Below are positions 1 to 8,283 of a DNA stretch of 37,756 nt, one piece after another. Within the stretch, counting starts at the first letter, position 1, and every line of letters begins with the position of its first letter. Origin of the DNA: a virus; the IMG/VR virus record IMGVR_UViG_3300045988_093993. One strand, written 5' to 3'. A program made the translations under genes and the position numbers. Under the pieces are notes generated by a model, which was not told the DNA's origin, did no database searches, and was given only the letters and a program-made list of their open reading frames with translations.

Positions 1-55
1 AAAAGCATTTGCAATATCACCATCACTAACAGTCCATCCCATCAGATACGCTGGA
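1..55. repeat. Terminal direct repeat copy 1 (identical to 37702..37756)
   Basis: Base-by-base comparison: aaaagcatttgcaatatcaccatcactaacagtccatcccatcagatacgctgga occurs at both ends. Confidence 0.97.
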
Positions 56-228
56 GAAACGTTGCCGAGATGAGCAGCAGCCTCTATTTTGTCAGAGGGA
101 ATATTTGTAATGATATTATTTTCATACTTATATAGTGTTTGTTTGGATACATTTATTTTGTCAGCAAAATCAACCTGACTCATTCCTAGTTTGTTCCTAA
201 TTTCTTTTATACGTTCACCAACAGTCAT
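1..228 (-). CDS. XRE/cI-type HTH repressor, N-terminal 76 codons (gene wraps the window junction and continues at 37701..37447)
   Basis: Minus-strand translation from ATG at 228: MTVGERIKEIRNKLGMSQVDFADKINVSKQTLYKYENN...AYLMGWTVSDGDIANAF. This is a classic HTH_3 motif. AGGAGG lies upstream. 228 + 255 nt = 161 codons in frame across the junction. Confidence 0.85.
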   Translation of the reverse strand, partial: MTVGERIKEIRNKLGMSQVDFADKINVSKQTLYKYENNIITNIPSDKIEAAAHLGNVSPAYLMGWTVSDGDIANAF

Positions 229-257
229 GTTTAGTTCCTCCTTTATGAAGTAACTTT

Positions 258-286
258 ATAATAGCACAAAAATGTTGTAATTGCAA
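258..286 (-). promoter_or_regulatory. Leftward (repressor) promoter: -35 TTGCAA (281..286), 17-nt spacer, extended -10 TGcTATTAT (-10 at 258..263)
   Basis: Reverse complement reads TTGCAA-17 nt-TATTAT preceded by TG. The -35 sits inside the 12-bp near-palindrome TTGTAATTGCAA (275..286), a likely operator. Confidence 0.55.
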
Positions 287-297
287 TAAAAAATATC

Positions 298-325
298 TTG
301 ACAATTTACCGAAATGTGATATACT
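298..325 (+). promoter_or_regulatory. Rightward (cro/early) promoter: -35 TTGACA (298..303), 16-nt spacer, extended -10 TGaTATACT (-10 at 320..325)
   Basis: Near-consensus sigma-A hexamers read directly, 33 nt upstream of the Cro-like start. Divergent from the repressor promoter. Confidence 0.65.
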
Positions 326-358
326 AAGACTAACTTAAAAAGATACGGAGGTGAAAGT

Positions 359-559
359 GTGATAAAGACAAATGAACTGAGAGGGATAATTGCTAAAAAT
401 GGATTATCTCAAACAGATGTTGCCAAAATGATAGGCGTTACGCCAAAAACATTTTATGAAAAGATGAAAAATGGTGTTTTTGGTAGTGATGAGATTCAAA
501 TTATGATTGATGAACTACATATAGATGATCCAATGCCTATTTTTTTTGCACATGAGTAA
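359..559 (+). CDS. Cro-like small HTH regulator
   Basis: 66 aa, GTG start after GGAGGTG. The motif GLSQTDVAKMIGVTPKTFYEKM is HTH-like. Divergent from the repressor. Confidence 0.7.
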   Translation: MIKTNELRGIIAKNGLSQTDVAKMIGVTPKTFYEKMKNGVFGSDEIQIMIDELHIDDPMPIFFAHE

Positions 560-586
560 CTTTCGAAGATACTAAAGGAGGCGTAA

Positions 587-1288
587 ATGAAAGAATTACA
601 AATTTTCAATTCAGAAGAGTTCGGGGAAATCCGAACAGTACAACTTAATAATGAAACATATTTTGTAGGAAAAGACGTGGCAACAGCACTTGGTTATGCA
701 AATCCTAAAAATGCAGTTCCAACTCATGTAAGTGAGGAAGATAAGCTGAGTACCCAAATCGAGTACGCAGGTCAGAGAAGAGAAGTAACGGTCATCAACG
801 AGTCTGGCTTATATGCTTTAATCTTCGGAAGTAAGCTGGAGTCAGCTAAGAGATTCAAACGCTGGGTGACAAGCGAGGTGCTTCCAGCTATCAGAAAGAC
901 TGGTTCTTATCAGAAGCCGCTTACACCACAGGAGATGTTGCGTATTCAGCTTGGTATGATCGATAACCACGAAGACAGAATCGCTGATCTTGAGCAGAAT
1001 ATGACTATTGATTACGGTCAGCAGATGGCGCTTGGCGATACAGTCAGCAGAGTGGTTATTGATGCACTTGGCGGGAAAGAAAGTAATGCCTATAAAGAAA
1101 TCAGTAAAAAGGTATTTGCGGAATGCAACAGAGATTTGAAACATTACTTTAATGTCAATGCGAGAAATAATGTTCCAAAAAAGAAATTCGATGAAGCTGT
1201 GCAGTATGTAAAGAATTGGCAGCCGTGTACAAATACAAGGATTATGATTCAAGAATACAACGCCCAGTTATCTATGGAGTGTGATTAA
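587..1288 (+). CDS. Phage antirepressor, Bro-N domain with ORF6C-like C-terminal domain
   Basis: N-terminus FNSEEFGEIRTVQLNNETYFVGKDVATALGY...SGLYALIFGSKLESAKRFKRWVTSEVLP is the typical Bro-N signature. AGGAGG RBS. Confidence 0.8.
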   Translation: MKELQIFNSEEFGEIRTVQLNNETYFVGKDVATALGYANPKNAVPTHVSEEDKLSTQIEYAGQRREVTVINESGLYALIFGSKLESAKRFKRWVTSEVLPAIRKTGSYQKPLTPQEMLRIQLGMIDNHEDRIADLEQNMTIDYGQQMALGDTVSRVVIDALGGKESNAYKEISKKVFAECNRDLKHYFNVNARNNVPKKKFDEAVQYVKNWQPCTNTRIMIQEYNAQLSMECD

Positions 1289-1472
1289 AATTATGAATCA
1301 AGATGTAGGCGAGACACAAATCGCAAGAAAGCTTGTTAATCAGTATCCAGAGCTATCTGACCGCATTAGTTTCCGAGGACTGCAAAAGTTAGCACGGAGA
1401 GCATTGCTTAGGGGATATTCAGAGAAAATGGTAATATTCGGGTTAGATACGGTTATCAAAAAAAAACTATAA
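1281..1472 (+). CDS. Hypothetical small early protein (start ambiguous: GTG 1281 or ATG 1293)
   Basis: ORF in the gene-dense + strand block. No recognisable motif. Confidence 0.4.
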   Translation: MIKIMNQDVGETQIARKLVNQYPELSDRISFRGLQKLARRALLRGYSEKMVIFGLDTVIKKKL

Positions 1473-1655
1473 GCGAGACGAATATCACGGAAATGATGCG
1501 CTTGATGAGAAACGCTTCATATTGGACGCCGAGTTTCGATCCGTTATGAAAGGACAGGATGAGACAAAAATATTGTGGTGTTAAAGGGAAATAAGAAGAA
1601 TTCAACAGGGTAAATCAACAAGTACAACCAGCATCGCATAGTTTAAAGAGAGGTG

Positions 1656-1805
1656 GTGGATTTGCAACATATTTTTATTGCAGAAATTGATGGAAAAGAA
1701 ATTGACATGGCAACCATGATGCCGGAGGAAAAGCAAAAGGCAGTCATGGAAATGACCAGAAAGTTTGTAGAGCATTTTGGGTACCAGCAGGAGAAAACCG
1801 CGTAA
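1656..1805 (+). CDS. Possible small ORF (about 48 aa; GTG 1656 or TTG 1662 start) missed by the 60-aa ORF track
   Basis: GAGAGGTGG Shine-Dalgarno directly upstream. Open frame to TAA 1803..1805. It fills an otherwise unassigned gap. Confidence 0.3.
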   Translation: MDLQHIFIAEIDGKEIDMATMMPEEKQKAVMEMTRKFVEHFGYQQEKTA

Positions 1806-1841
1806 GCGGAACCAGTTGGACAAGCAAAGGAGGGATAAGAG

Positions 1842-2078
1842 ATGTTTTACAAGATCGCAAAGACACTTAGCGTAACGGCAAGCATTACCGGAATCTTGAT
1901 GATGGCTGGTGCGTGCTCAGTGAAAAGTCAGGAGCTGTTTTACTTATATGCAGCACTTGGAATCACAACACTTACTACCGGAGCATTTGCACTGGAATAT
2001 TTCCGGATACGGGAATGGCAGTACCGGAAAAGGAAAATAAGGGAGGCGAAGGAGCATGCCAGAAGAGAAGCAGCGTAA
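1842..2078 (+). CDS. Small membrane protein (two predicted TM helices, basic C-terminal tail)
   Basis: Hydrophobic stretches ITGILMMAGA and LYAALGITTLTTGAFAL. AGGAGGG RBS. Confidence 0.55.
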   Translation: MFYKIAKTLSVTASITGILMMAGACSVKSQELFYLYAALGITTLTTGAFALEYFRIREWQYRKRKIREAKEHARREAA

Positions 2079-2508
2079 GAGCATTCGGACAGCCGAGCTT
2101 GATAAGATGATCAATAAGCTTCGATCACTGGATCGGGTTGATGGTACATCCGAGTATTACAAGAACAATGCGATCGCATACTTGTCGGATTTGGCAAATC
2201 ATCTGGATAGGATAGGCGTAAAGACAATAAAAATGCGCCCGGAAGTTGCAGCTTCCAGTGGCGCACATAACAAAAAAACTCAACTAAATTATAGGAAAAT
2301 TGGAGGAGAAAGTCAAGTGAACGATGAAGCAATACATATTCCGGCAAGGAAAAAACAGCAGACAGGTGCGCAGATGGTCGTTAAGGTAACACCGGAAGCT
2401 TATAACGCACTGGTGGAAATTTACAATGAATCAACTTTATCACTCAAACAGATTGCAAGCCTTCTGATCGTGAAGGCTGCAGAGCGAGTGGTTTATGACA
2501 AAGAATAA
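2056..2508 (+). CDS. Hypothetical protein
   Basis: 150-aa ORF co-oriented with its neighbours. No confident motif. Confidence 0.5.
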   Translation: MPEEKQRKSIRTAELDKMINKLRSLDRVDGTSEYYKNNAIAYLSDLANHLDRIGVKTIKMRPEVAASSGAHNKKTQLNYRKIGGESQVNDEAIHIPARKKQQTGAQMVVKVTPEAYNALVEIYNESTLSLKQIASLLIVKAAERVVYDKE

Positions 2509-2522
2509 TCGGAGGAAATGCC

Positions 2523-2705
2523 ATGGAAGAAAGAAACAACAATGAGGAAACAGTCAAGATTCCTGTGTCGGAATACAAAAAGTTCTTAAAAGCGCAGACA
2601 AGACTTGAATTTTTAAAAGATTATACATCGAGAAGCAACTACAGCGTATCAAGAGAAGATATCGCAGCAATCATAGGATTTGAATTGGATACGGAGGAAG
2701 AATAA
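2523..2705 (+). CDS. Hypothetical small protein
   Basis: GGAGG RBS. The stop overlaps the next start (TAATG). Confidence 0.5.
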   Translation: MEERNNNEETVKIPVSEYKKFLKAQTRLEFLKDYTSRSNYSVSREDIAAIIGFELDTEEE

Positions 2706-3304
2706 TGAACGAGGCAAGAATAAAGGAGCTTTTGAAAAATACTGGGAGAGAGGGCATTGATGATCTGATCAGTTATATGAAAAAAAATGGTTTCTTCACA
2801 TCACCATGCAGTACAAGATATCATCTGGCAGAGGAAGGCGGACTCGCAACTCATAGTCTTAATGTATATGAAAATATTCTGAGGATAGCGAGTGGGTTAG
2901 GAGTGCTAAATGAAGATCAGATGAATTCTTTTATTATCGTAGCATTACTTCATGATCTTGGAAAGATGGGACAGTTTGGAAAGCCGAATTATGTTCCGAA
3001 CATGCTGAAGGGAAGAGCGACAAAAGCAAATCCGGATCCAGAACCGAAGCAGAGTGAAGCGCAGCCGTATAAATCCAATCCGGATCTCAGATATGTTGAT
3101 CATGAGGTTAGATCTGTGGCTATTGCATCCAGATTTATTGAACTGACAGAAGAGGAACAGCTTGCGATTCTCTGGCATAACGGATTATATGGACCGTTTA
3201 AATATGAGATCCAGGGAAATGAGACACCACTGTATATGCTTTTGCATTTTGCGGATTTGTGGGCAGCGAGAGTGACAGAAGATGGAAGCAATGGAGCTGA
3301 ATGA
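2705..3304 (+). CDS. HD-domain metal-dependent phosphohydrolase
   Basis: H...HD signature: LATHSLNV...ALLHDLGK, with later histidines (DHEVRS, LWHNG). Confidence 0.75.
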   Translation: MNEARIKELLKNTGREGIDDLISYMKKNGFFTSPCSTRYHLAEEGGLATHSLNVYENILRIASGLGVLNEDQMNSFIIVALLHDLGKMGQFGKPNYVPNMLKGRATKANPDPEPKQSEAQPYKSNPDLRYVDHEVRSVAIASRFIELTEEEQLAILWHNGLYGPFKYEIQGNETPLYMLLHFADLWAARVTEDGSNGAE

Positions 3305-4358
3305 TATTGCGGAAATGCTCTGTAGGAATTTGATATCAGAAGGATTTATCATTCAGAGATATGATGCGTATTCTTCCAACAGTATCTATCTGAAGTTGGA
3401 TTACGGCGTGTGCAATTCTATTCGAATCAGCGATCATCCAGGAAAGAAATATTTGAAATATCGATACAATATAGGACCGTATGTTAAAGAATTTCAGGAA
3501 GTGAAAGATAAATTTCCAAGGCTTTATTACAGAGAAACGAAAAGTCAAAGTCTTCTGAAACGCATCATCAGAGATAAGAGTGGAAAGCTTCAGTATTACG
3601 GAAAAGAAAAATATAAGAAGCTTATGGAAGAAAACAGGATAAAAAATATGAATTCAAAAGGATTCTGGAGTCAGGCGGAGTTAGTTGATCCAGAACTCTA
3701 TAAGGAGGAAAAGCGAATGTCAAAGGTTATTTGTATTGCCGGAGAATCCGGATCAGGGAAAACAACATCCATGAGAAATTTAGATCCAAAGTCAACATAT
3801 TACATTGATGCTGACAAGAAAGGCCTTTCATGGAAAGGATGGAGAAAACAGTACAACAAGGAAAATAAGAACTATCTGGCGTGTGATAATGCCAATGTGG
3901 TTCGTCAGTATATCAAGCGTATTGCTGAAGCCTGCCCTAGTGTGAAAGTAATCGTAGTGGATACGATCAATGGCTTGATGGTAGCAGATGAAATGCGCCG
4001 GAGCAAGGAAAAAGGATACGACAAATGGGTAGATCTTGCAGCCTGCGTCTGGGATCTGGTGTGTGAAGCCTATACATACAGGGAAGACCTGACGATCATT
4101 TTCACAGCTCACACACAGACGGATCATGATGAAGCCGGCTATATGTTTACCAGAATCAAGACTTCCGGAAAGAAGTTGGACAAGATTTGCCTGGAAAGCA
4201 AATTTACCACGGTGCTTTTGAGTAAGTGTGTAGACGGAGCCTACAAATTTGAAACCCAGGCAAACAACAGCACAGCGAAATCACCGATGGGTGCATTTGA
4301 TCAGATGGAGATTGACAACGATATTGTAGAAGTAATGAAAGCATTGGAGGACTATTAA
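3282..4358 (+). CDS. AAA_24/Sak4-like recombination ATPase with an unusual 145-aa N-terminal extension
   Basis: Walker A GESGSGKT and Walker B-like VIVVDTI. C-terminal YKFETQANNSTAKSP is typical of AAA_24. An internal AAGGAGG (3702..3708) plus ATG 3717 lies just before the ATPase core. Confidence 0.65.
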   Translation: MEAMELNDIAEMLCRNLISEGFIIQRYDAYSSNSIYLKLDYGVCNSIRISDHPGKKYLKYRYNIGPYVKEFQEVKDKFPRLYYRETKSQSLLKRIIRDKSGKLQYYGKEKYKKLMEENRIKNMNSKGFWSQAELVDPELYKEEKRMSKVICIAGESGSGKTTSMRNLDPKSTYYIDADKKGLSWKGWRKQYNKENKNYLACDNANVVRQYIKRIAEACPSVKVIVVDTINGLMVADEMRRSKEKGYDKWVDLAACVWDLVCEAYTYREDLTIIFTAHTQTDHDEAGYMFTRIKTSGKKLDKICLESKFTTVLLSKCVDGAYKFETQANNSTAKSPMGAFDQMEIDNDIVEVMKALEDY

Positions 4359-4359
4359 A

Positions 4360-4965
4360 ATGAAAAAGCCAAACAATTATGAAAATACACAGGCTCAGGG
4401 AGAATTTACTCCCGTTGAGCTTGGAGGACATACACTGGTAATTAAACAGGTTGAGGAACGAATGTCAAAGACCAATAAACCAATGATTGTTGTGTTCTTT
4501 GATTTCGCTCCAGGAGATAAGCAGGCGGGATATTTTGCAGAATCATTTAAAAATGATATCCGTCCGGAAAAGAAATGGCCAAATCAGGCAACTCAGTATA
4601 TTTTGACAGAGGACAGTGATGGCAACTGCAGCAGATCTTTCAAGACGTTCCTGACCTGCGTAGAACATTCCAATCAGGGATTCACAACACAGTGGGGAGA
4701 TAATTTTGGCAAGCAGTTCAAGAATAAGCTGGTTGGCGGAGTATTTGGAATCCAGATGGATTACTACGAGGGAAGAGAGCTTGAAAAGCGTGTTTTGAGA
4801 TGGTTTGTATCACAGGACAAAGTGGAAGAGGCTGCAGTTCCAATGGAGACAGAAACACAAGCATATAAGAATCATATCAATGGATATCCGGCAAATGCGA
4901 CACCTGGACAGGATGGATTTATGAATATTCCAGATGATATTGATGAAGAATTGCCATTTAATTAG
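4360..4965 (+). CDS. DUF669-like phage ssDNA-binding protein partner of Sak4-type ATPases, acidic SSB-like tail
   Basis: Sits immediately after the AAA_24 gene. The C-terminus DDIDEELPFN resembles the SSB tip. Confidence 0.55.
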   Translation: MKKPNNYENTQAQGEFTPVELGGHTLVIKQVEERMSKTNKPMIVVFFDFAPGDKQAGYFAESFKNDIRPEKKWPNQATQYILTEDSDGNCSRSFKTFLTCVEHSNQGFTTQWGDNFGKQFKNKLVGGVFGIQMDYYEGRELEKRVLRWFVSQDKVEEAAVPMETETQAYKNHINGYPANATPGQDGFMNIPDDIDEELPFN

Positions 4966-4968
4966 GAG

Positions 4969-5493
4969 TTGATGCAAGTGGATATACAAATTGATACAAG
5001 AGAAAAGCAGAGGGCAATTCGGAAGATCATCAAGACATTTGACGAGAATGGAGTGAAACATTTTTCGAGCAAGCTTCTGGTCGGGGATTATATGAGTCTG
5101 GATAATCCCCGGCTCATTATTGATCGGAAGCAGAACCTGCAGGAGTTATGCGGAAATGTCTGCCAGCAGCATGAACGGTTTAAGAAAGAGTTGATTAAAG
5201 CAATTGATGCCGGCATACAGCTTGTGATTCTGGTAGAGCATGGATCGGATGTGAAAAATCTGGAAGATGTGTGGTTCTGGCAGAATCCAAGGAAGCATGA
5301 AGTCCGGTGGAGAATGATAAATGGGAAACGTGAAAAATATGTGGCGTCAGCCAAAGCGGTTGACGGAAAACAGTTGTATAAATCCATGTGTACCATCCGG
5401 GATCGGTACAATGTCCGGTTTGAATTCTGTGAGAAGAAAGACACAGGCAAGGAGATTATGCGTATTTTGTCTGAATACGGTGATGCAAAATGA
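4969..5493 (+). CDS. ERCC4/XPF-type nuclease domain protein (start ambiguous 4969/4972/4978)
   Basis: Motifs IDTREK ... VGDY ... IIDRKQNLQEL match the ERCC4 GDY...ERK..DL pattern. Confidence 0.6.
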   Translation: MMQVDIQIDTREKQRAIRKIIKTFDENGVKHFSSKLLVGDYMSLDNPRLIIDRKQNLQELCGNVCQQHERFKKELIKAIDAGIQLVILVEHGSDVKNLEDVWFWQNPRKHEVRWRMINGKREKYVASAKAVDGKQLYKSMCTIRDRYNVRFEFCEKKDTGKEIMRILSEYGDAK

Positions 5494-5978
5494 CGCGCGA
5501 GGAAATCAAGCAGGCATACTCTATGAAGGATATTCTGGTCAAATGTGGGCTTCCTGAGCCGAACAGAGCGGGATTTATCAAGTGTCCATTTCACAAAGGT
5601 GATCACGAAGCCTCAATGAAAATCTACGATAAAGATTTTCATTGTTTTGGTTGTGGAGCAAATGGAGATATCTTTACTTTTACAGAAAAGTTTTATGGAA
5701 TTTCTTTCAAAGATGCCTTCTTGATGCTTGGCGGAGAATACGAAAAGAATCCGTCCTTCCGATCTTCTCTGGCGATATATCGGGCAAAAAAAGAAAAGCT
5801 GATGAGAGAAAAACAGGAAGCAAAGATGCGGGACAAGCGCAGATTGAACAACGATCTGATTTCTGTATACCGGGAATTTTTAAACAGAACAGAGCCGCTG
5901 TCAGACGCATGGTGTGATTGTTATAATGCACTGCAGCTTGAATTATATCATGCGGAATTATTAGAAGAGAGAAGGTGA
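5490..5978 (+). CDS. DnaG-type CHC2 zinc-finger protein (no TOPRIM domain visible)
   Basis: CPFHKGDHEASMKIYDKDFHCFGCGANGDIFTF is the canonical zf-CHC2 motif. Confidence 0.8.
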   Translation: MTREEIKQAYSMKDILVKCGLPEPNRAGFIKCPFHKGDHEASMKIYDKDFHCFGCGANGDIFTFTEKFYGISFKDAFLMLGGEYEKNPSFRSSLAIYRAKKEKLMREKQEAKMRDKRRLNNDLISVYREFLNRTEPLSDAWCDCYNALQLELYHAELLEERR

Positions 5979-5982
5979 TCAC

Positions 5983-7851
5983 ATGGAGCCTTTAGCAAGG
6001 CTGGATAGTAAAAGCATATTGGCAGAGGATATCTTTTTAGAGATATTCGACCAGGAAGACGAGATAATGAAGGCTCGAATGATCCTTTCACTGACAGATC
6101 GAGCTGCAGAGCTTGGAGTAAAGAAGAAGTTCGAAGAGTTGTTAAAAGCATACAAGAAAGTGGATCGGGAGGCAAAGCAGCGGGAGCGCAAGAAGCCAAT
6201 AGCAACGTTGGACAAGTGGACGAACTTTGAAGGACCATATAATAACATGTTCTGCGGAGCGTGGGTTGCCGGAGAAGATGGTATATTCGCACAGAACGAC
6301 AGCCAAGTGGAAACAGTTGCGTGCTATCATCCAATTCTGCCAATAGAACGTATGAAGAACTTAGAGACTGGCGAAGAGCAGATTAAAATCGCATATAAGC
6401 GAAATGGACGATGGGATGAGATTATTGTCCCTAAAACAATGGTGACGTCTGCCAGTAAGATTGTGGCGCTTTCTGGGCGTGGAATTTCTGTTACATCAGA
6501 AAACGCGAAGCTACTGGTCCGGTTTCTGTCAGATGTTGAAAATATGAATGATAGCCATATTAAAGTGCAGTATTCCACCAGTAAGCTCGGATGGATTAAG
6601 GATCAGTTTATTCCCTATGATACAGAGATTGTATTTGATGGCGATCAGCGATTCCGGCAGGCTTATGAGAGTGTTTCAGAACGTGGCAACTGGAAGATCT
6701 GGCAGAGCCATATGCTGAAGCTTCGGAAGACAAAGCGCCTGGAGATTAAGTTTATGATGGCTGCATCATTTGCAAGTGTTCTGGTTAGTCTCTTGGGTGG
6801 ACTTCCGTTTATCGTAGATCTCTGGGGCGAAACAGAAGGTGGTAAAACAGTATCTCTGATGGTCGCAACGTCTATCTGGGCGAATCCGGATGAATCGGCG
6901 TATATCGGGGACTTTAAGACGACGGAAGTGGCGCTGGAAGCAAAGGCGGATATGCTGAATCATCTGCCAATGATCCTGGACGATACCAGTAAGACGAGCA
7001 GCCGGATCCGGGATAACTTTGAAGGAATGGTTTATGACATGTGTTCCGGAAAAGGAAAGAGCAGGTCCAACAAGGAGCTTGGAATCACCAGGGAAAATCG
7101 ATGGAAGAACTGCATTCTGACAAATGGAGAGCGTCCTTTGAATTCTTATGTGTCCCAGGGCGGAGCCATCAACCGTATTCTGGAAGTAGAATGCAAGGAT
7201 AATGTGTATGCGGATCCGCAAGAGACTGCCGAGATCGTGAAGAAAAATTATGGTTTGGCCGGGAAAAGGTACATAGAGGTCCTAAAAGGGATTGGCAAGG
7301 AAAAACTGCATCAGATGCAGAAAGAGTTTATGCATGAATTAAAAGATGATGAAGCCATGCAGAAACAAAGCCTGTCACTGTCGATTTTATTGGTTGCAGA
7401 TAAAGTCGCGACAGATTATCTGTTCCGGGATGGAGAATATATTACGATTGAGCAGGCGAAAACTGTTCTGATCAACAGGAATGATCTGAGTGACAATGAG
7501 CGCTGCTATCGATATCTGCAGGACAAAATCGCCATGAATAATCAGCGTTTTGATATGGACACGAAAGTGGAAAAATGGGGAACGCTTGAAAAGGGAGTTG
7601 CTATCATCTATAACCAGGCGTTCAAGGAATTATGTAAGAGTGGAGGATTTTCTGACAAGGCTTTTTTGTCCTGGGCAGATCGCAAAGGTCTGATCGAGAC
7701 GCAGGGCGGACGTATGACAAAGGTGAAAAAGGTAGATGGTAATCCAATCAGGTGTGTATTCCTGCGACTGAACGATAACATCGATAAGGATGGGTTTGAA
7801 TCGGTGGAAACAATGGATAAATATGAGCAGGAAGAGCTGCCATTTAAGTAA
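5983..7851 (+). CDS. DUF927-type replicative helicase / P-loop NTPase
   Basis: Walker A GETEGGKT and Walker B MILDDTS. The N-terminal region resembles DUF927. Follows the primase zinc-finger gene. Confidence 0.6.
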   Translation: MEPLARLDSKSILAEDIFLEIFDQEDEIMKARMILSLTDRAAELGVKKKFEELLKAYKKVDREAKQRERKKPIATLDKWTNFEGPYNNMFCGAWVAGEDGIFAQNDSQVETVACYHPILPIERMKNLETGEEQIKIAYKRNGRWDEIIVPKTMVTSASKIVALSGRGISVTSENAKLLVRFLSDVENMNDSHIKVQYSTSKLGWIKDQFIPYDTEIVFDGDQRFRQAYESVSERGNWKIWQSHMLKLRKTKRLEIKFMMAASFASVLVSLLGGLPFIVDLWGETEGGKTVSLMVATSIWANPDESAYIGDFKTTEVALEAKADMLNHLPMILDDTSKTSSRIRDNFEGMVYDMCSGKGKSRSNKELGITRENRWKNCILTNGERPLNSYVSQGGAINRILEVECKDNVYADPQETAEIVKKNYGLAGKRYIEVLKGIGKEKLHQMQKEFMHELKDDEAMQKQSLSLSILLVADKVATDYLFRDGEYITIEQAKTVLINRNDLSDNERCYRYLQDKIAMNNQRFDMDTKVEKWGTLEKGVAIIYNQAFKELCKSGGFSDKAFLSWADRKGLIETQGGRMTKVKKVDGNPIRCVFLRLNDNIDKDGFESVETMDKYEQEELPFK

Positions 7852-7853
7852 AA

Positions 7854-8065
7854 GTTACCCGTTACCCAAGTTACCGGGCAAAATTCACCCTTATAGAGAA
7901 GAAAAAAATATGTGAAAGTGAGAAAAATATTTTCTTCTATATGGGAAAACGTGTGGTAACTCGGTAACTTCACTCCGAAAAATGCTTGAAACGCAGTATT
8001 TTCAATGGGTTCAGCGGTTTCCCGAAGACGGTAACAGGATAAAGAAAATGGTAACATGCGGTAAC
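7854..8065. repeat. Iteron array: 3 x GTTACC (7854, 7861, 7870) then 5 x GGTAAC (7955, 7963, 8030, 8050, 8060) around an AT-rich inverted repeat; candidate replication origin
   Basis: Hexamers counted directly. AGAAGAAAAAAATAT ... ATATTTTCTTCT dyad at about 7898..7940. Non-coding gap right after the helicase gene. Confidence 0.6.
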
Positions 8066-8076
8066 AAGGAGGATGT

Positions 8077-8283
8077 ATGGAGGAACGAATCAAGGCAATT
8101 TACAATGATTGCTGGGGAATTTATAAAAAATATCTATCAAATCATGATATGTCATTATGGAATCGAAACATGGAAGTCATGATGAAGAAATATGACAATC
8201 AACCAGATATCTGTGGTTTACTGATTTGGTTCAGCGGCAGGGTACAGACTCTACATGATGAATGGAGGATAGCACATGAGTAG
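8077..8283 (+). CDS. Hypothetical small early protein
   Basis: AAGGAGG RBS 8066..8072, ATG 8077. Confidence 0.55.
   Translation: MEERIKAIYNDCWGIYKKYLSNHDMSLWNRNMEVMMKKYDNQPDICGLLIWFSGRVQTLHDEWRIAHE

Noticed and set aside
1-55. The terminal 55-nt repeat as a biological DTR or cos end.
   Set aside because: It falls in the middle of the repressor coding sequence and restores an intact ORF when circularised. Its length is typical of an assembler k-mer overlap.
7982-8182. 66-aa + strand ORF spanning the GGTAAC repeat region.
   Set aside because: No RBS. It is built from the iteron repeats themselves and overlaps the well-initiated gene at 8077. The region is better explained as a non-coding origin or regulatory array.
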